DNA from: an uncultured virus (IMG/VR IMGVR_UViG_3300045004_000209)
Lineage: Duplodnaviria > Heunggongvirae > Uroviricota > Caudoviricetes
Length of the DNA: 64,000 nt
Virus record (IMG/VR): IMGVR_UViG_3300045004_000209
Strand: one strand, 5' to 3'
Shown: positions 50,385 to 59,193 of the stretch, one piece after another
How positions within the stretch are numbered: position 1 is the first letter of the stretch
Layout: each line of letters begins with the position of its first letter
Made by a program: the position numbers and the translations under genes
The notes under the pieces: model-generated
Database searches by the model: none
What the model saw: the letters and a program-made list of their open reading frames with translations, nothing else
What the model was told of the DNA's origin: nothing

Positions 50385-50926
50385 TGGAAGATATTCGTGT
50401 TGAACTTTCTAAGCGTCTTAGCCTTGTTGATTTCTTGGCAGAAAGAGGCATCAGGCCTGCTCGTCAGTATGGAGACAAATCTGTATACAGATGCCCAATT
50501 CATGATGGAGATAAGACGCCAAGTTTTTATATCTACCAAAAAGAAGATGGTCGACAGGACTGCTACTGTTTTGGATGCAAATTCTACGGGGACATTGTTA
50601 GGTTAAAGGCGAAGTTAGATTGCACATCGCAAGACCAAGCTTTTGCTGAACTTGCATCCCGATGTGGTTTTGATCCAGATAGCCCTGATGCTATTATTGA
50701 TGACTGTGTATCAATAGTCGAAAGCATGAGCAGCGTTAACGACGATGTGGATGAGATCAAGTCTATGATTGTTGAATTGACTGCCTTATACAGGGTTCAT
50801 AGGACAGTTGAACCCGTATCTGAAAAATGGGGGCTTGTTTGGGCTCGTGCTGATGATGCTGCTCGCAACGGAGATTTGGAGGGGCTGATCAATGCAAGAC
50901 CATTTGATCCAAGAAGTAATTGTTAA
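50384..50926 (+). CDS. Stand-alone CHC2 zinc-finger protein (primase zinc-binding domain)
   Basis: CPIHDGDKTPSF..CYCFGC..GDIV with no TOPRIM motif. Start 50381 or 50384 overlaps the dnaB stop. Confidence 0.85.
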   Translation: MEDIRVELSKRLSLVDFLAERGIRPARQYGDKSVYRCPIHDGDKTPSFYIYQKEDGRQDCYCFGCKFYGDIVRLKAKLDCTSQDQAFAELASRCGFDPDSPDAIIDDCVSIVESMSSVNDDVDEIKSMIVELTALYRVHRTVEPVSEKWGLVWARADDAARNGDLEGLINARPFDPRSNC

Positions 50927-51311
50927 GCACACAGCATTCGGAAAGCCATCGTTTACAGATGTGGGTGAATGGATGAAGATTCAAGATCCACACGCTCCTT
51001 TGTGGATGATAGAATCTGTAGCAACTGTAAAATTTGACATGATTGAGATAGATTATCTTTTGCATTTCAGTCATAATGCAAGAACTGTAATTTATTCTTC
51101 TGGATCTGGCGGGGTGCGAGCCGGGGATCAGAAAGCCGTAAGGATTCTTTCATTTTGGTTGATTGAAAACGGATGGAAAAGACCAGAACCTTCACCTAGC
51201 GAGGTTGATTCATCTAGGGATTTTTGGAAAGAGTTGTGGATTACGGGAGTTGTTGACTCGATGTACCTGCAGGGCAGGTTTGGCAAGCGTAGAATTTTTG
51301 ACGAGGAGTAG
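50892..51311 (+). CDS. Hypothetical protein
   Basis: 139-aa ORF with GGAGG upstream. Confidence 0.65.
   Translation: MQDHLIQEVIVKHTAFGKPSFTDVGEWMKIQDPHAPLWMIESVATVKFDMIEIDYLLHFSHNARTVIYSSGSGGVRAGDQKAVRILSFWLIENGWKRPEPSPSEVDSSRDFWKELWITGVVDSMYLQGRFGKRRIFDEE
51271..51297 (+). promoter_or_regulatory. Possible third copy of the promoter motif (AGG-N15-GTAGAATT)
   Basis: Same 18-nt offset between AGG and GYAGAA as at 3922 and 25650; ends 17 nt before the 51315 start. Confidence 0.3.
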
Positions 51312-51314
51312 AAG

Positions 51315-51893
51315 ATGCCAATAGTGACAAAAAAAGATCAACTTTCCATCTCTATGACATGGTCCCCTTCTGATGATTCATCAGAGATAGACATATGTGT
51401 CTCTAGGAATGGCGATGACAATGTCCAGCTAACCATGTCCTCAGGAAAGAATTTGATCAAGTTCGATCCGAGTTTCATAGTGGAACTTCATGAGTTTTTG
51501 GTCTCAAAGGGCATCATAGATGCACTAGAAGTTGAGGAATTAGGCAGCGTGGATCGGGGTGCTAAAATGCCTGCGGCTGCAGATTCCGCCTCTCATGACC
51601 TCCTTTCCTTGATGGAGGAAGCCAGGAGAAGCTCGTCTGTGGCCCATTCATTCCAAGGGAGTTCTGTGGTTCACAACCCACCTGGGATGGCTCCTAGGGG
51701 GCCTGCATATGCCTCCCCTGCCATGGTGGTTACATCGGCATCCGCAATTGCTATGGAGCCAAACAGTTCTGTGGCGCCTGTGGTGACTGGCGCAGCATCA
51801 GATCCAATTGTTTTGCTCAACGAATCTGATTCCGATAACACTGATGATCCCATAGAGATGGGTGAGGTTCCGTCGGATATATTTGGCAGATAA
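51315..51893 (+). CDS. Hypothetical protein with low-complexity acidic C-terminus
   Basis: 192 aa with a GAGGAG ribosome-binding site. Confidence 0.75.
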   Translation: MPIVTKKDQLSISMTWSPSDDSSEIDICVSRNGDDNVQLTMSSGKNLIKFDPSFIVELHEFLVSKGIIDALEVEELGSVDRGAKMPAAADSASHDLLSLMEEARRSSSVAHSFQGSSVVHNPPGMAPRGPAYASPAMVVTSASAIAMEPNSSVAPVVTGAASDPIVLLNESDSDNTDDPIEMGEVPSDIFGR

Positions 51894-51895
51894 AA

Positions 51896-52141
51896 ATGCA
51901 GTATCGCTGCACGCTCAAGTCTCTTTCCACATTTTCTGGGAACCCAAAAAAGTTTTCAACGCTTTGCGACAAATGTCAAACCTCTGATTGTGAAAACCCT
52001 ATAGAGTTTGTTTCCATTAGCATTTTGGGCGTAGCAAGTAAGCACAGAATATACAAAAACAGCACAGGAGGTCAGCAGGTGGTAAGGTGTGATGGTTTCT
52101 CTTCTGATATCTCTGGAGGAGACGATGAAGCGCAGCAATAA
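51896..52141 (+). CDS. Small Cys-rich (putative zinc-binding) protein
   Basis: C..LCDKCQTSDC..C pattern. Confidence 0.65.
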   Translation: MQYRCTLKSLSTFSGNPKKFSTLCDKCQTSDCENPIEFVSISILGVASKHRIYKNSTGGQQVVRCDGFSSDISGGDDEAQQ

Positions 52142-53417
52142 AGATTTTGTACACATGCACTGTCATACCGAGTTCAGTGCGTTTGACGGACTAAGCAAGG
52201 TTAAGTCTATAATCAAAAAAGCCAAGCATATGGGTTTTCCAGCTTTGGCAATTACCGATCACGGCAACATAGGTGGTACGATCAAATTTTTTCAAGAGTG
52301 CAGAAAAAAAGAAAATTTGTCAGATGGTCGGGATGGTGTTTCCATAAAACCGTTGCTTGGTTGCGAATTCTATTTGGCACGCAGCAGACATGCGAAGAGT
52401 AAGCAGGAGCAGCTAGACGGGAGAAAGGGTAACAGACACATCATTCTTATTGCACAGAATGCAGATGGCTACAGAAATCTTTGCAATTTAAGTCAGATCA
52501 GTTATTCAGAGGGATTCTATTCCGATCCTAGAATCGATATGGAGATTCTTCAGAAGCATTCTGCAGGTTTGATATGTTCTAGTGCATGCTTAAGTTCAGT
52601 TGTCAACGCAAACCTTGTTCATGGAAGGTTTGACGCAGCCCTCAAGGCGGCTAGTATCCTAAAAGATATTTTTGGAGATCGCTTCTTTTTGGAGGCTATG
52701 TTTCATGGACTTGATGAAGAGCGGATGATTATCCCAGACATCATCCGTCTTTCACAAAAGTTGAACTGCAGGATTGTTGCAAGTAATGATTGCCATTACC
52801 CTTGCGCAGAGGATGGCAGGAGTCAAGAATTGCTGATGTGCATGAGTACTTCTAAATGTATAAAGGATGATCGAAGAATTTCTTTTCCGTATCACGAGTT
52901 CTATCTCAAAAGCGCAGAAGAGATGGCAATCATGTTCGGATCCCACGCGGACATGCTCGATGCTACAGTTGACCTTGCAGCGATGGTTGACGACGATTCA
53001 ATTGCAAAATTATTTGGCGGCATGAGGTTGCCTAAGTATATGGTGCCTGATGAGTTTGCAGACCCTCATGCGTATCTTGAGCATCTTGCCCACGAGGGCT
53101 TGAAGTCTATGGGCAAAGACGCAAGTGATGCTCACAAAAAGCGCCTGCGTATGGAACTAGACGATGTCAAGATTGCCAAGTTAAACAATAACTACGATTT
53201 TGCCACATATTTTCTTATCGTCAGAGACTACATCAATTTTGCCAAAACTAAAGGTATACTAACGGGTTGTGGTCGAGGAAGTGGCTTTGGTTCCTTGCTG
53301 CTAAGATGCATCGGCATAACCTATGGAATTGATCCATTAGAGCATGATTTGCTCTGGGAGCGATTTCTTGGCTTTGACAACAAAAGATTTGTGAAGGCTT
53401 CCGACTTTGGTATCTGA
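52125..53417 (+). CDS. dnaE: DNA polymerase III alpha, N-terminal fragment (PHP domain and start of palm)
   Basis: FVHMHCHTEFSAFDG, AITDHG, GCEFY, SSACL, NDCHY, GRGS and DPLEHDLLWERFL, with GGAGG before ATG 52125. It stops before the catalytic PDID motif. Confidence 0.92.
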   Translation: MKRSNKDFVHMHCHTEFSAFDGLSKVKSIIKKAKHMGFPALAITDHGNIGGTIKFFQECRKKENLSDGRDGVSIKPLLGCEFYLARSRHAKSKQEQLDGRKGNRHIILIAQNADGYRNLCNLSQISYSEGFYSDPRIDMEILQKHSAGLICSSACLSSVVNANLVHGRFDAALKAASILKDIFGDRFFLEAMFHGLDEERMIIPDIIRLSQKLNCRIVASNDCHYPCAEDGRSQELLMCMSTSKCIKDDRRISFPYHEFYLKSAEEMAIMFGSHADMLDATVDLAAMVDDDSIAKLFGGMRLPKYMVPDEFADPHAYLEHLAHEGLKSMGKDASDAHKKRLRMELDDVKIAKLNNNYDFATYFLIVRDYINFAKTKGILTGCGRGSGFGSLLLRCIGITYGIDPLEHDLLWERFLGFDNKRFVKASDFGI

Positions 53418-55365
53418 AGACGCATTGCGAAGCAAATATAGGGAGTTGATACGCTCCTCGTTGGCCTTTGGCAGGATTGACAAATCAGAAGCCAAGTTGT
53501 CAGCACAAGAGCTAGAAGAAATGCTTTCTATCGATGGTCTCACGTCTGATAGCGTGCTTCATGAATTTGATGCCATCTATCAGTCAAGCGCTGGCGCTTG
53601 TGGATCGCAAAACAAAGCCAATTCTTGGTTAGCATATGCGATTGGCTTAACATCAGCAAGACCTGAGGGCGCTTTTCTGCCCCCGCGACGCATATTTGCA
53701 AGAGCTGGTTTTCCAGATATCGATGCTGATTTTGAGTTCGAAAGACGCCAAGAAGTCTACGATTATATAATTGATGCATATGGTCGAGAGAACGTGGGGA
53801 ATATAGGTACATATCAAACACTCAAGATTAAATCCTACATTACTAGGTCTGTAAAGGCTCTAGATCTTTCCAACTCATTTCATCTTGGCAAAGAAGAGTA
53901 CATTAAAAGAAACAATCTTTTAGTTCGCGAAATAATTGATTCATTGCCAGAGCAGAAGGGGGCATTTCTAAAGGTATTTGATGACGAGGGAGAGGAGCAT
54001 CAGGTAGCGTCTGTGAATGATGCTTTCAAATATTGCGATGTGTTCCATGAAAAAGTGTCTAAGTTTCCTGAACTTGTCGAGCATGCTTCGAGGCTAGAGG
54101 GTTTGTCATCTTCATTTGGTGTGCATGCTGCAGGAATTGTCATATCTAGCGAGCCTCTTCACCGCATAGCCCCTCTGAGGTCAACAAGCGGTGGTGAGGG
54201 CGGAGGAGTTGACTATGCCACTCAGTTCCCCTACGAAGATCTTGAGTACATCGGACTGATTAAGTTTGACATCTTGGCTCTTTCCACTCTAAGTGTGGTG
54301 TCTGAGTGTTTGCGACTCATCAAGGATAGAAAAGAAATTGTTATAGACATAAGTCAGTTGCCTCTTGATGACAAAAATACATTCAAGTTGTATCGCACTG
54401 GTAGACTCGTGGGCGTTTTTCAGTGCGAAGAGCGCGGCATGCAGAGTACCATGATTAAGATGCAGGTTGACAGATTTGAAGATATATGCGCAGGTATAGC
54501 TCTATTCCGTCCTGGACCAATGGCAAACATACCTAGGTATTGCGCTAGAAAAAATGGTGAAGAAGATATTGATTATTTTCATCCATCGATTGCTCGTCTT
54601 GTGAGACCAATTTTAGAGCCAACATATGGCGTTTTGTGCTATCAGGAGAGCATAATGCAGATCTGCAACTCTCTTGCCAACTTCACTATATCAGAGGGTT
54701 ATCAAGTTATAAAAGCAGTGGGTAAGAAAAAGGGCGACTATCTTGCTAAGTTTCAATCAAGGTTTGTTAAGGGATGCGTCACCAATGAGGTTCCTGAAGA
54801 TGTGGCACTAAAATATTGGACCGATTTTATTATGCCATTCGCGGCGTATGGATTCAATAAGAGCCACAGTTATTGCTACGGGTTGCTATCGTATCAAACC
54901 GCATATCTAAAAGCCAATTTCCCGCATGAATTTATGCTTGCATATTTGAGGGTCGAGACAAGGCAGAAGAAGTGGGAGCGTGTTGTTCAGTTGGAGGCAG
55001 AGTCTAGAAGCATGGGAATAAACATTGCTCCTAGGGTAGTTAACAACTCTTCTGTAAATTGGCTTCTAGATGTTTTTGAAAATGCAGATGGATCTGAACG
55101 TGCCATCCTCACGCCACCGTTGATGTGCAAGGGCATTCGAGTCGCTGCGGCAGAAAACATAAAGCAAAACCAAAAGTACAAAAATTTTGAAGATTTCTGT
55201 GCGAAAATAGATACGGGGATCGTAGACTCTGAATGTATACTTGCTCTGAAAGAAGCTGGTTTTTTCAAGAATGTGAAAGATCCTGTTGGTGACTATATTA
55301 GATATAGGGATCACTTCAAGAAGGCAAGATTGAAAGGCATGACTGGACAAGACCTGTTTGCATGA
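53407..55365 (+). CDS. dnaE: DNA polymerase III alpha, C-terminal fragment (catalytic palm/thumb/fingers; no obvious OB-fold tail)
   Basis: FPDIDADF, GVHAAGIVIS, GLIKFDILAL, GVFQCE, ALFRPGP, YQE and YGFNKSH. TTG start in the +1 frame relative to the N fragment. Confidence 0.92.
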   Translation: MVSEDALRSKYRELIRSSLAFGRIDKSEAKLSAQELEEMLSIDGLTSDSVLHEFDAIYQSSAGACGSQNKANSWLAYAIGLTSARPEGAFLPPRRIFARAGFPDIDADFEFERRQEVYDYIIDAYGRENVGNIGTYQTLKIKSYITRSVKALDLSNSFHLGKEEYIKRNNLLVREIIDSLPEQKGAFLKVFDDEGEEHQVASVNDAFKYCDVFHEKVSKFPELVEHASRLEGLSSSFGVHAAGIVISSEPLHRIAPLRSTSGGEGGGVDYATQFPYEDLEYIGLIKFDILALSTLSVVSECLRLIKDRKEIVIDISQLPLDDKNTFKLYRTGRLVGVFQCEERGMQSTMIKMQVDRFEDICAGIALFRPGPMANIPRYCARKNGEEDIDYFHPSIARLVRPILEPTYGVLCYQESIMQICNSLANFTISEGYQVIKAVGKKKGDYLAKFQSRFVKGCVTNEVPEDVALKYWTDFIMPFAAYGFNKSHSYCYGLLSYQTAYLKANFPHEFMLAYLRVETRQKKWERVVQLEAESRSMGINIAPRVVNNSSVNWLLDVFENADGSERAILTPPLMCKGIRVAAAENIKQNQKYKNFEDFCAKIDTGIVDSECILALKEAGFFKNVKDPVGDYIRYRDHFKKARLKGMTGQDLFA

Positions 55366-55684
55366 GATTACTATGAAAATGCGTATATCAATCGCTAGAA
55401 AAATAAACACAGCAGCGTATGAGAACATCACGATAGCAATTGATGTTGAAAAAGATATGTCAGTTTCTGAATTCTCCAAAGAAGAGCAGTTCGTAGCGGC
55501 ACTTCGTAAAGAGGCTATATCTCATTACAAGGAGATTGAGGCATGTGTAATGTCCGAACTTGGGCTATCCGAAAAGTCTGCATACCAAGAAAGTCGGCCT
55601 GCAACAAATTATTCTGCACAGAGTAATTCAGTGAGCAATAAAAAAAAGACTTTGAGCGATGAGGAACTCGCTGATCTTATATGA
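55358..55684 (+). CDS. Hypothetical protein
   Basis: 108 aa; alternative ATG at 55373. Confidence 0.7.
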   Translation: MHEITMKMRISIARKINTAAYENITIAIDVEKDMSVSEFSKEEQFVAALRKEAISHYKEIEACVMSELGLSEKSAYQESRPATNYSAQSNSVSNKKKTLSDEELADLI

Positions 55685-56709
55685 CATCTGACATGGATGA
55701 CATTTTCAATATACCAACAGATGGCTCTCATCTTGATGAGTCAGGCAGTCTAGATGATGCTAGCTACGCCAACACCAAAAAGAACAAGAAGTCAAATACT
55801 GCATTTACCGATGAACTGAAGAGGCTCGCACATACAATTGAAGATTCTCAGTCTAATTCTGTACATGCCGAAGGTTCTTTGCATATAAAATCTGCCACTA
55901 ATTCTTCGCCCAGTGATATTCCTGAACTCGTGCCCGTGGTCGAAAAAAAGACAATGACCAAAAAAAAATCAGACATTTCGGAAATTAATTGTGAAGAGGA
56001 GGCCATGGATGGTTCGGCTATAAATTGCGCAGATACTCCGCTTGATGGAGAATGGAGACTTTCTCATCCAGACCACAAGTTTTTTTCATTTTATGAAATG
56101 AAATCTAGAGCTTTGAAGAACTGGCTTCTTCCTGGAGGAAGGTTGAAATTTCAAGAACTCAACCAAGAATTGAAAACGGCTCAGGTCAACCTCTCTAATG
56201 TAGCGCTTGGAGACATCGTGAACCTTTTTGAAAAAATGCGTGCAATACAGGCCCTAAAAGACAGGGTTACATATATTATTACATGCTGCAACGAACAGTA
56301 TTATTTATGGAAACGTGCGATTGACATCTTTACCGGTGTGCTCGCGCGTATTCAATATCTCAAGCCTGCTCAGCGACAGGTCGGTTTAAATGCCGAACAT
56401 ATGGCAGACATGGAGCGCTATCTTTCAGAATTAGAAGCACTGCATTTCAACACCGATCATGTCCTGAGAAATTTAGAGAGTGCATATGAGATGATTTCTA
56501 GGTCGGTTACTATGTCCATGCCAAACAATAGAGATGTTGAATCGGCAGAAAAAAAAGTTAATAAAGCATTCTCTGCCGTGGATGGGGTGGGTAAAGGCGT
56601 ATCATTTTTAGACCAGATGGATAGTGTGCCGCAAAATTCTTCACCGTCTCGAATTTCTTCGGCGTTCAAAACTCAGGGCAAGACGGGCATAACAGATTGG
56701 AAGGTATAA
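55681..56709 (+). CDS. Hypothetical protein with disordered N-terminus and long helical C-terminal half
   Basis: 342 aa, immediately upstream of the SSB-like and recA genes. Confidence 0.75.
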   Translation: MTSDMDDIFNIPTDGSHLDESGSLDDASYANTKKNKKSNTAFTDELKRLAHTIEDSQSNSVHAEGSLHIKSATNSSPSDIPELVPVVEKKTMTKKKSDISEINCEEEAMDGSAINCADTPLDGEWRLSHPDHKFFSFYEMKSRALKNWLLPGGRLKFQELNQELKTAQVNLSNVALGDIVNLFEKMRAIQALKDRVTYIITCCNEQYYLWKRAIDIFTGVLARIQYLKPAQRQVGLNAEHMADMERYLSELEALHFNTDHVLRNLESAYEMISRSVTMSMPNNRDVESAEKKVNKAFSAVDGVGKGVSFLDQMDSVPQNSSPSRISSAFKTQGKTGITDWKV

Positions 56710-56710
56710 A

Positions 56711-57346
56711 ATGGCACTAGTGGATTGGAACAGTTTTTCTGCAGATGGCAAGAAAGGCGACAAGAATTTCTTGAAACTTGAGCCGAATAAGTCTTATAAG
56801 GTGCGCTTTGTGGGCAAGCCCTATGAGATTTGGAAGTATTGGATTGAGCGCCCAGATGGTCAGATTCGTCGGGCCATCACAGAGGGTCCCAATACATGCG
56901 TTATCGCCAAGAAATACGGCGAGAAGCCGAAGCAGCGTTTTGCACTTCAGTGCTTTGACCGTGCTGACGGCAAGTTGAAAATACTTGAGGTTCCAATAAC
57001 CATTTTCAAGAGCATAGCTGCTTGGTACAACGAGAGCGGCATTGAACCTGGAACTAAGGGAGCTGGCGATTTTGCTATCAAGGTTGAGCGCTCAGGCAAC
57101 GATCCCAAGAACACCCGCTACACAGTGATGTTCCTCAATTATGTTCCCTTCACAAAGGAAGAGGTCGATACATTCAAGACGAGCTCATACGACCTCAGTG
57201 AAATCTTTAAGCCTGTACCGCAGGACCAGATTGAAGAAGTCATCTATGGCGAAAGTCAAAGCGGTGATTCCGCGCCATCTAGTGGTGCAACCAAGGTAGC
57301 CAAGCATCCTGCAAAGGCTGAAGTCTCTGACGATCTAGACTTCTGA
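56711..57346 (+). CDS. Putative phage single-stranded DNA-binding protein
   Basis: FLKL...KVRFVG..LKILE..DFAIKVE..TRYTV pattern typical of phage SSBs, with an acidic-aromatic tail (EVSDDLDF) and position next to recA. Confidence 0.7.
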   Translation: MALVDWNSFSADGKKGDKNFLKLEPNKSYKVRFVGKPYEIWKYWIERPDGQIRRAITEGPNTCVIAKKYGEKPKQRFALQCFDRADGKLKILEVPITIFKSIAAWYNESGIEPGTKGAGDFAIKVERSGNDPKNTRYTVMFLNYVPFTKEEVDTFKTSSYDLSEIFKPVPQDQIEEVIYGESQSGDSAPSSGATKVAKHPAKAEVSDDLDF

Positions 57347-57348
57347 AA

Positions 57349-58506
57349 ATGGCAAAAAAGAAGTTATCATCGGAAATAGAACCCCTCGACCAGCTCGAGG
57401 GGTTCTCTATTGGAGCAAATGTCAAGGTTGTTGACCTAATCACCACGGGCCACCCAGAACTTGATAATGCCATCAGTGGAGATTTGTGTACTGACGATTC
57501 AAATCTCAGGGGTGGAGGCTTTCCCTTGGGAAAGATTGTGATGCTATATGGAAACGAAGGTGGAGGAAAGAGCAGTCTCGCCTATCGCATGGTAGGTGCT
57601 GCACAGCGTAAGGGCTACACATGTGCATGGATTGATGCAGAGCACAGTTTTTCAGAGCAACTTGCGGAGGTTAATGGGTGTGATGTTTCTACATTACGTT
57701 ACAGTAATCTAGAAAAATTGATTGGATCCAATTCTCGTAAGAAAAACGATGAGGAGGACAGCATTTTGAGTGGAGAACTTGTGATGCAGAAAATGATAGA
57801 CGCAGTGAAGTCTGGGGCAATAAATGTTATTGTTCTTGACAGCATCGCATCTCTAGTTCCTGATCAGGTTCTCAAGAAAGACGTGAACGAAGACACCATG
57901 GCAACCCTAGCTAGGGTGATGGCAAAATCACTGCCAAAATTGGCTACCCTTGCTCAGCAGCACGATGTCTTGGTAATTTTTATCAACCAGTTGCGTGAAA
58001 AGATAGGGGACATATATGGAACCCCGCACACCTTCCCTGGAGGTCGCTCTGTTCGACACCTTTGCTCCACGATTGTCAAGATAATGAAGGAAGGCTCTAA
58101 GGAGAAGGAAGAAATTCGCATCACTAATGATGAGGGAGAACAGGTGCTGGTTGGTCGCTATAGTTACGCTGTTATTGAGAAGAACAGGTTCAGCAGACCA
58201 GTTTCTGAAAAGATAAGAGTTCCAATTTATTATGAGCCATATTTTCCAGATCTTTTAGGCACTGCTTTTGAACTAGGACGTCAACTCAAACTCATTCGTG
58301 TCAGAATGAATGTTTATTCTTGGTCTAACCTAAAGGTTGAAAGCAAGTCTGCATTTGTAGAGGCTATAAAGCAGAATAAAAAACTTTCAGAGTTGGTTGG
58401 CAACATCAGGGCTGCAGCGGAAAAAGAGAAGTTTCCGCTGCCAATCGAGATAATCAAATATCAAGATGAGTCTGAAGTTGCCGAAAGTTTATCAAGGGAA
58501 GAATAG
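57349..58506 (+). CDS. recA: RecA/UvsX-like recombinase
   Basis: TTGHPELD, GGFPLGKIVMLYGNEGGGKS, WIDAEH, IVLDSIASL, FINQLREKIG, PGG and KNRF. Confidence 0.95.
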   Translation: MAKKKLSSEIEPLDQLEGFSIGANVKVVDLITTGHPELDNAISGDLCTDDSNLRGGGFPLGKIVMLYGNEGGGKSSLAYRMVGAAQRKGYTCAWIDAEHSFSEQLAEVNGCDVSTLRYSNLEKLIGSNSRKKNDEEDSILSGELVMQKMIDAVKSGAINVIVLDSIASLVPDQVLKKDVNEDTMATLARVMAKSLPKLATLAQQHDVLVIFINQLREKIGDIYGTPHTFPGGRSVRHLCSTIVKIMKEGSKEKEEIRITNDEGEQVLVGRYSYAVIEKNRFSRPVSEKIRVPIYYEPYFPDLLGTAFELGRQLKLIRVRMNVYSWSNLKVESKSAFVEAIKQNKKLSELVGNIRAAAEKEKFPLPIEIIKYQDESEVAESLSREE

Positions 58507-58509
58507 CAG

Positions 58510-59193
58510 ATGCGCGAAGCTCTCACCGCAGAGCGTCGCAGTATAATCCTAGAACTCGCAGAAAAGACCTTATTCGACTCTTCAGAGGAGTCTGTAGAGG
58601 CAAGGTCTTATTTGTTTAGTTCAAGGAAAATATCAGAGTCAGTGGCTAGAAAATTTCACATTGGGTATGTTCCTAAGCGTGCCATAGGAACTGGTTTTGC
58701 CGGAAGGCTTATATTGCCACTGCATGACCATCACGGCAACTTGGTTTGTTTCACCACAAGAGATTGGAGACTAGGAGCCCATAACAGGGGCCACTGGCAC
58801 GAATCTTTTGAGAAGAAGTGGTATTTGTATGGTCTGTATCAGGCGATGGAGTCCATCATCTCTTCAAGATCTGTTGTTCTTGTGGAAGGACAGTTTGATG
58901 TCCTCAGACTGCACTCGATAGGCGTAAACAACGCCGTTGGACTTCTCGGCAGCAAGCCTAGTTGGTTTCAACTGACGTTGCTATTTAGGGAGGCTGACCA
59001 CCTGAAACTAGCACTTGACAATGATGAGGCAGGGAGACTTGGCGCAAAAGAAGTATTTAAAATATTGAAGTCATCCGGTTTGAGCAAGATGTCTAATGTG
59101 GACATTAGCTTCGTACAATTGAAGCCTGCAAAGGATGCAGATGAATTGATTGATAAAATTGGCTGTTATTATGCTAAGGAAAGGTTTATATGA
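58510..59193 (+). CDS. dnaG: DnaG-type primase catalytic core (TOPRIM) lacking the zinc-binding domain
   Basis: ARSYL..RKI..FHIGYVP, GRLILPL, LVEGQFD, LALDNDEAG and KDADEL. Confidence 0.88.
   Translation: MREALTAERRSIILELAEKTLFDSSEESVEARSYLFSSRKISESVARKFHIGYVPKRAIGTGFAGRLILPLHDHHGNLVCFTTRDWRLGAHNRGHWHESFEKKWYLYGLYQAMESIISSRSVVLVEGQFDVLRLHSIGVNNAVGLLGSKPSWFQLTLLFREADHLKLALDNDEAGRLGAKEVFKILKSSGLSKMSNVDISFVQLKPAKDADELIDKIGCYYAKERFI

Noticed and set aside
53372..53378. prfB-like CTTTGAC frameshift site near the dnaE break
   Set aside because: It is read GGC-TTT-GAC in the coding frame rather than CTT-TGA, and the +1 frame has a stop at about 53392.
53340..53720. Intein or group I/II intron at the dnaE junction
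   Set aside because: No Cys/Ser-start or His-Asn-end intein blocks, no homing endonuclease and no evident intron structure; the intervening DNA is an open frame.
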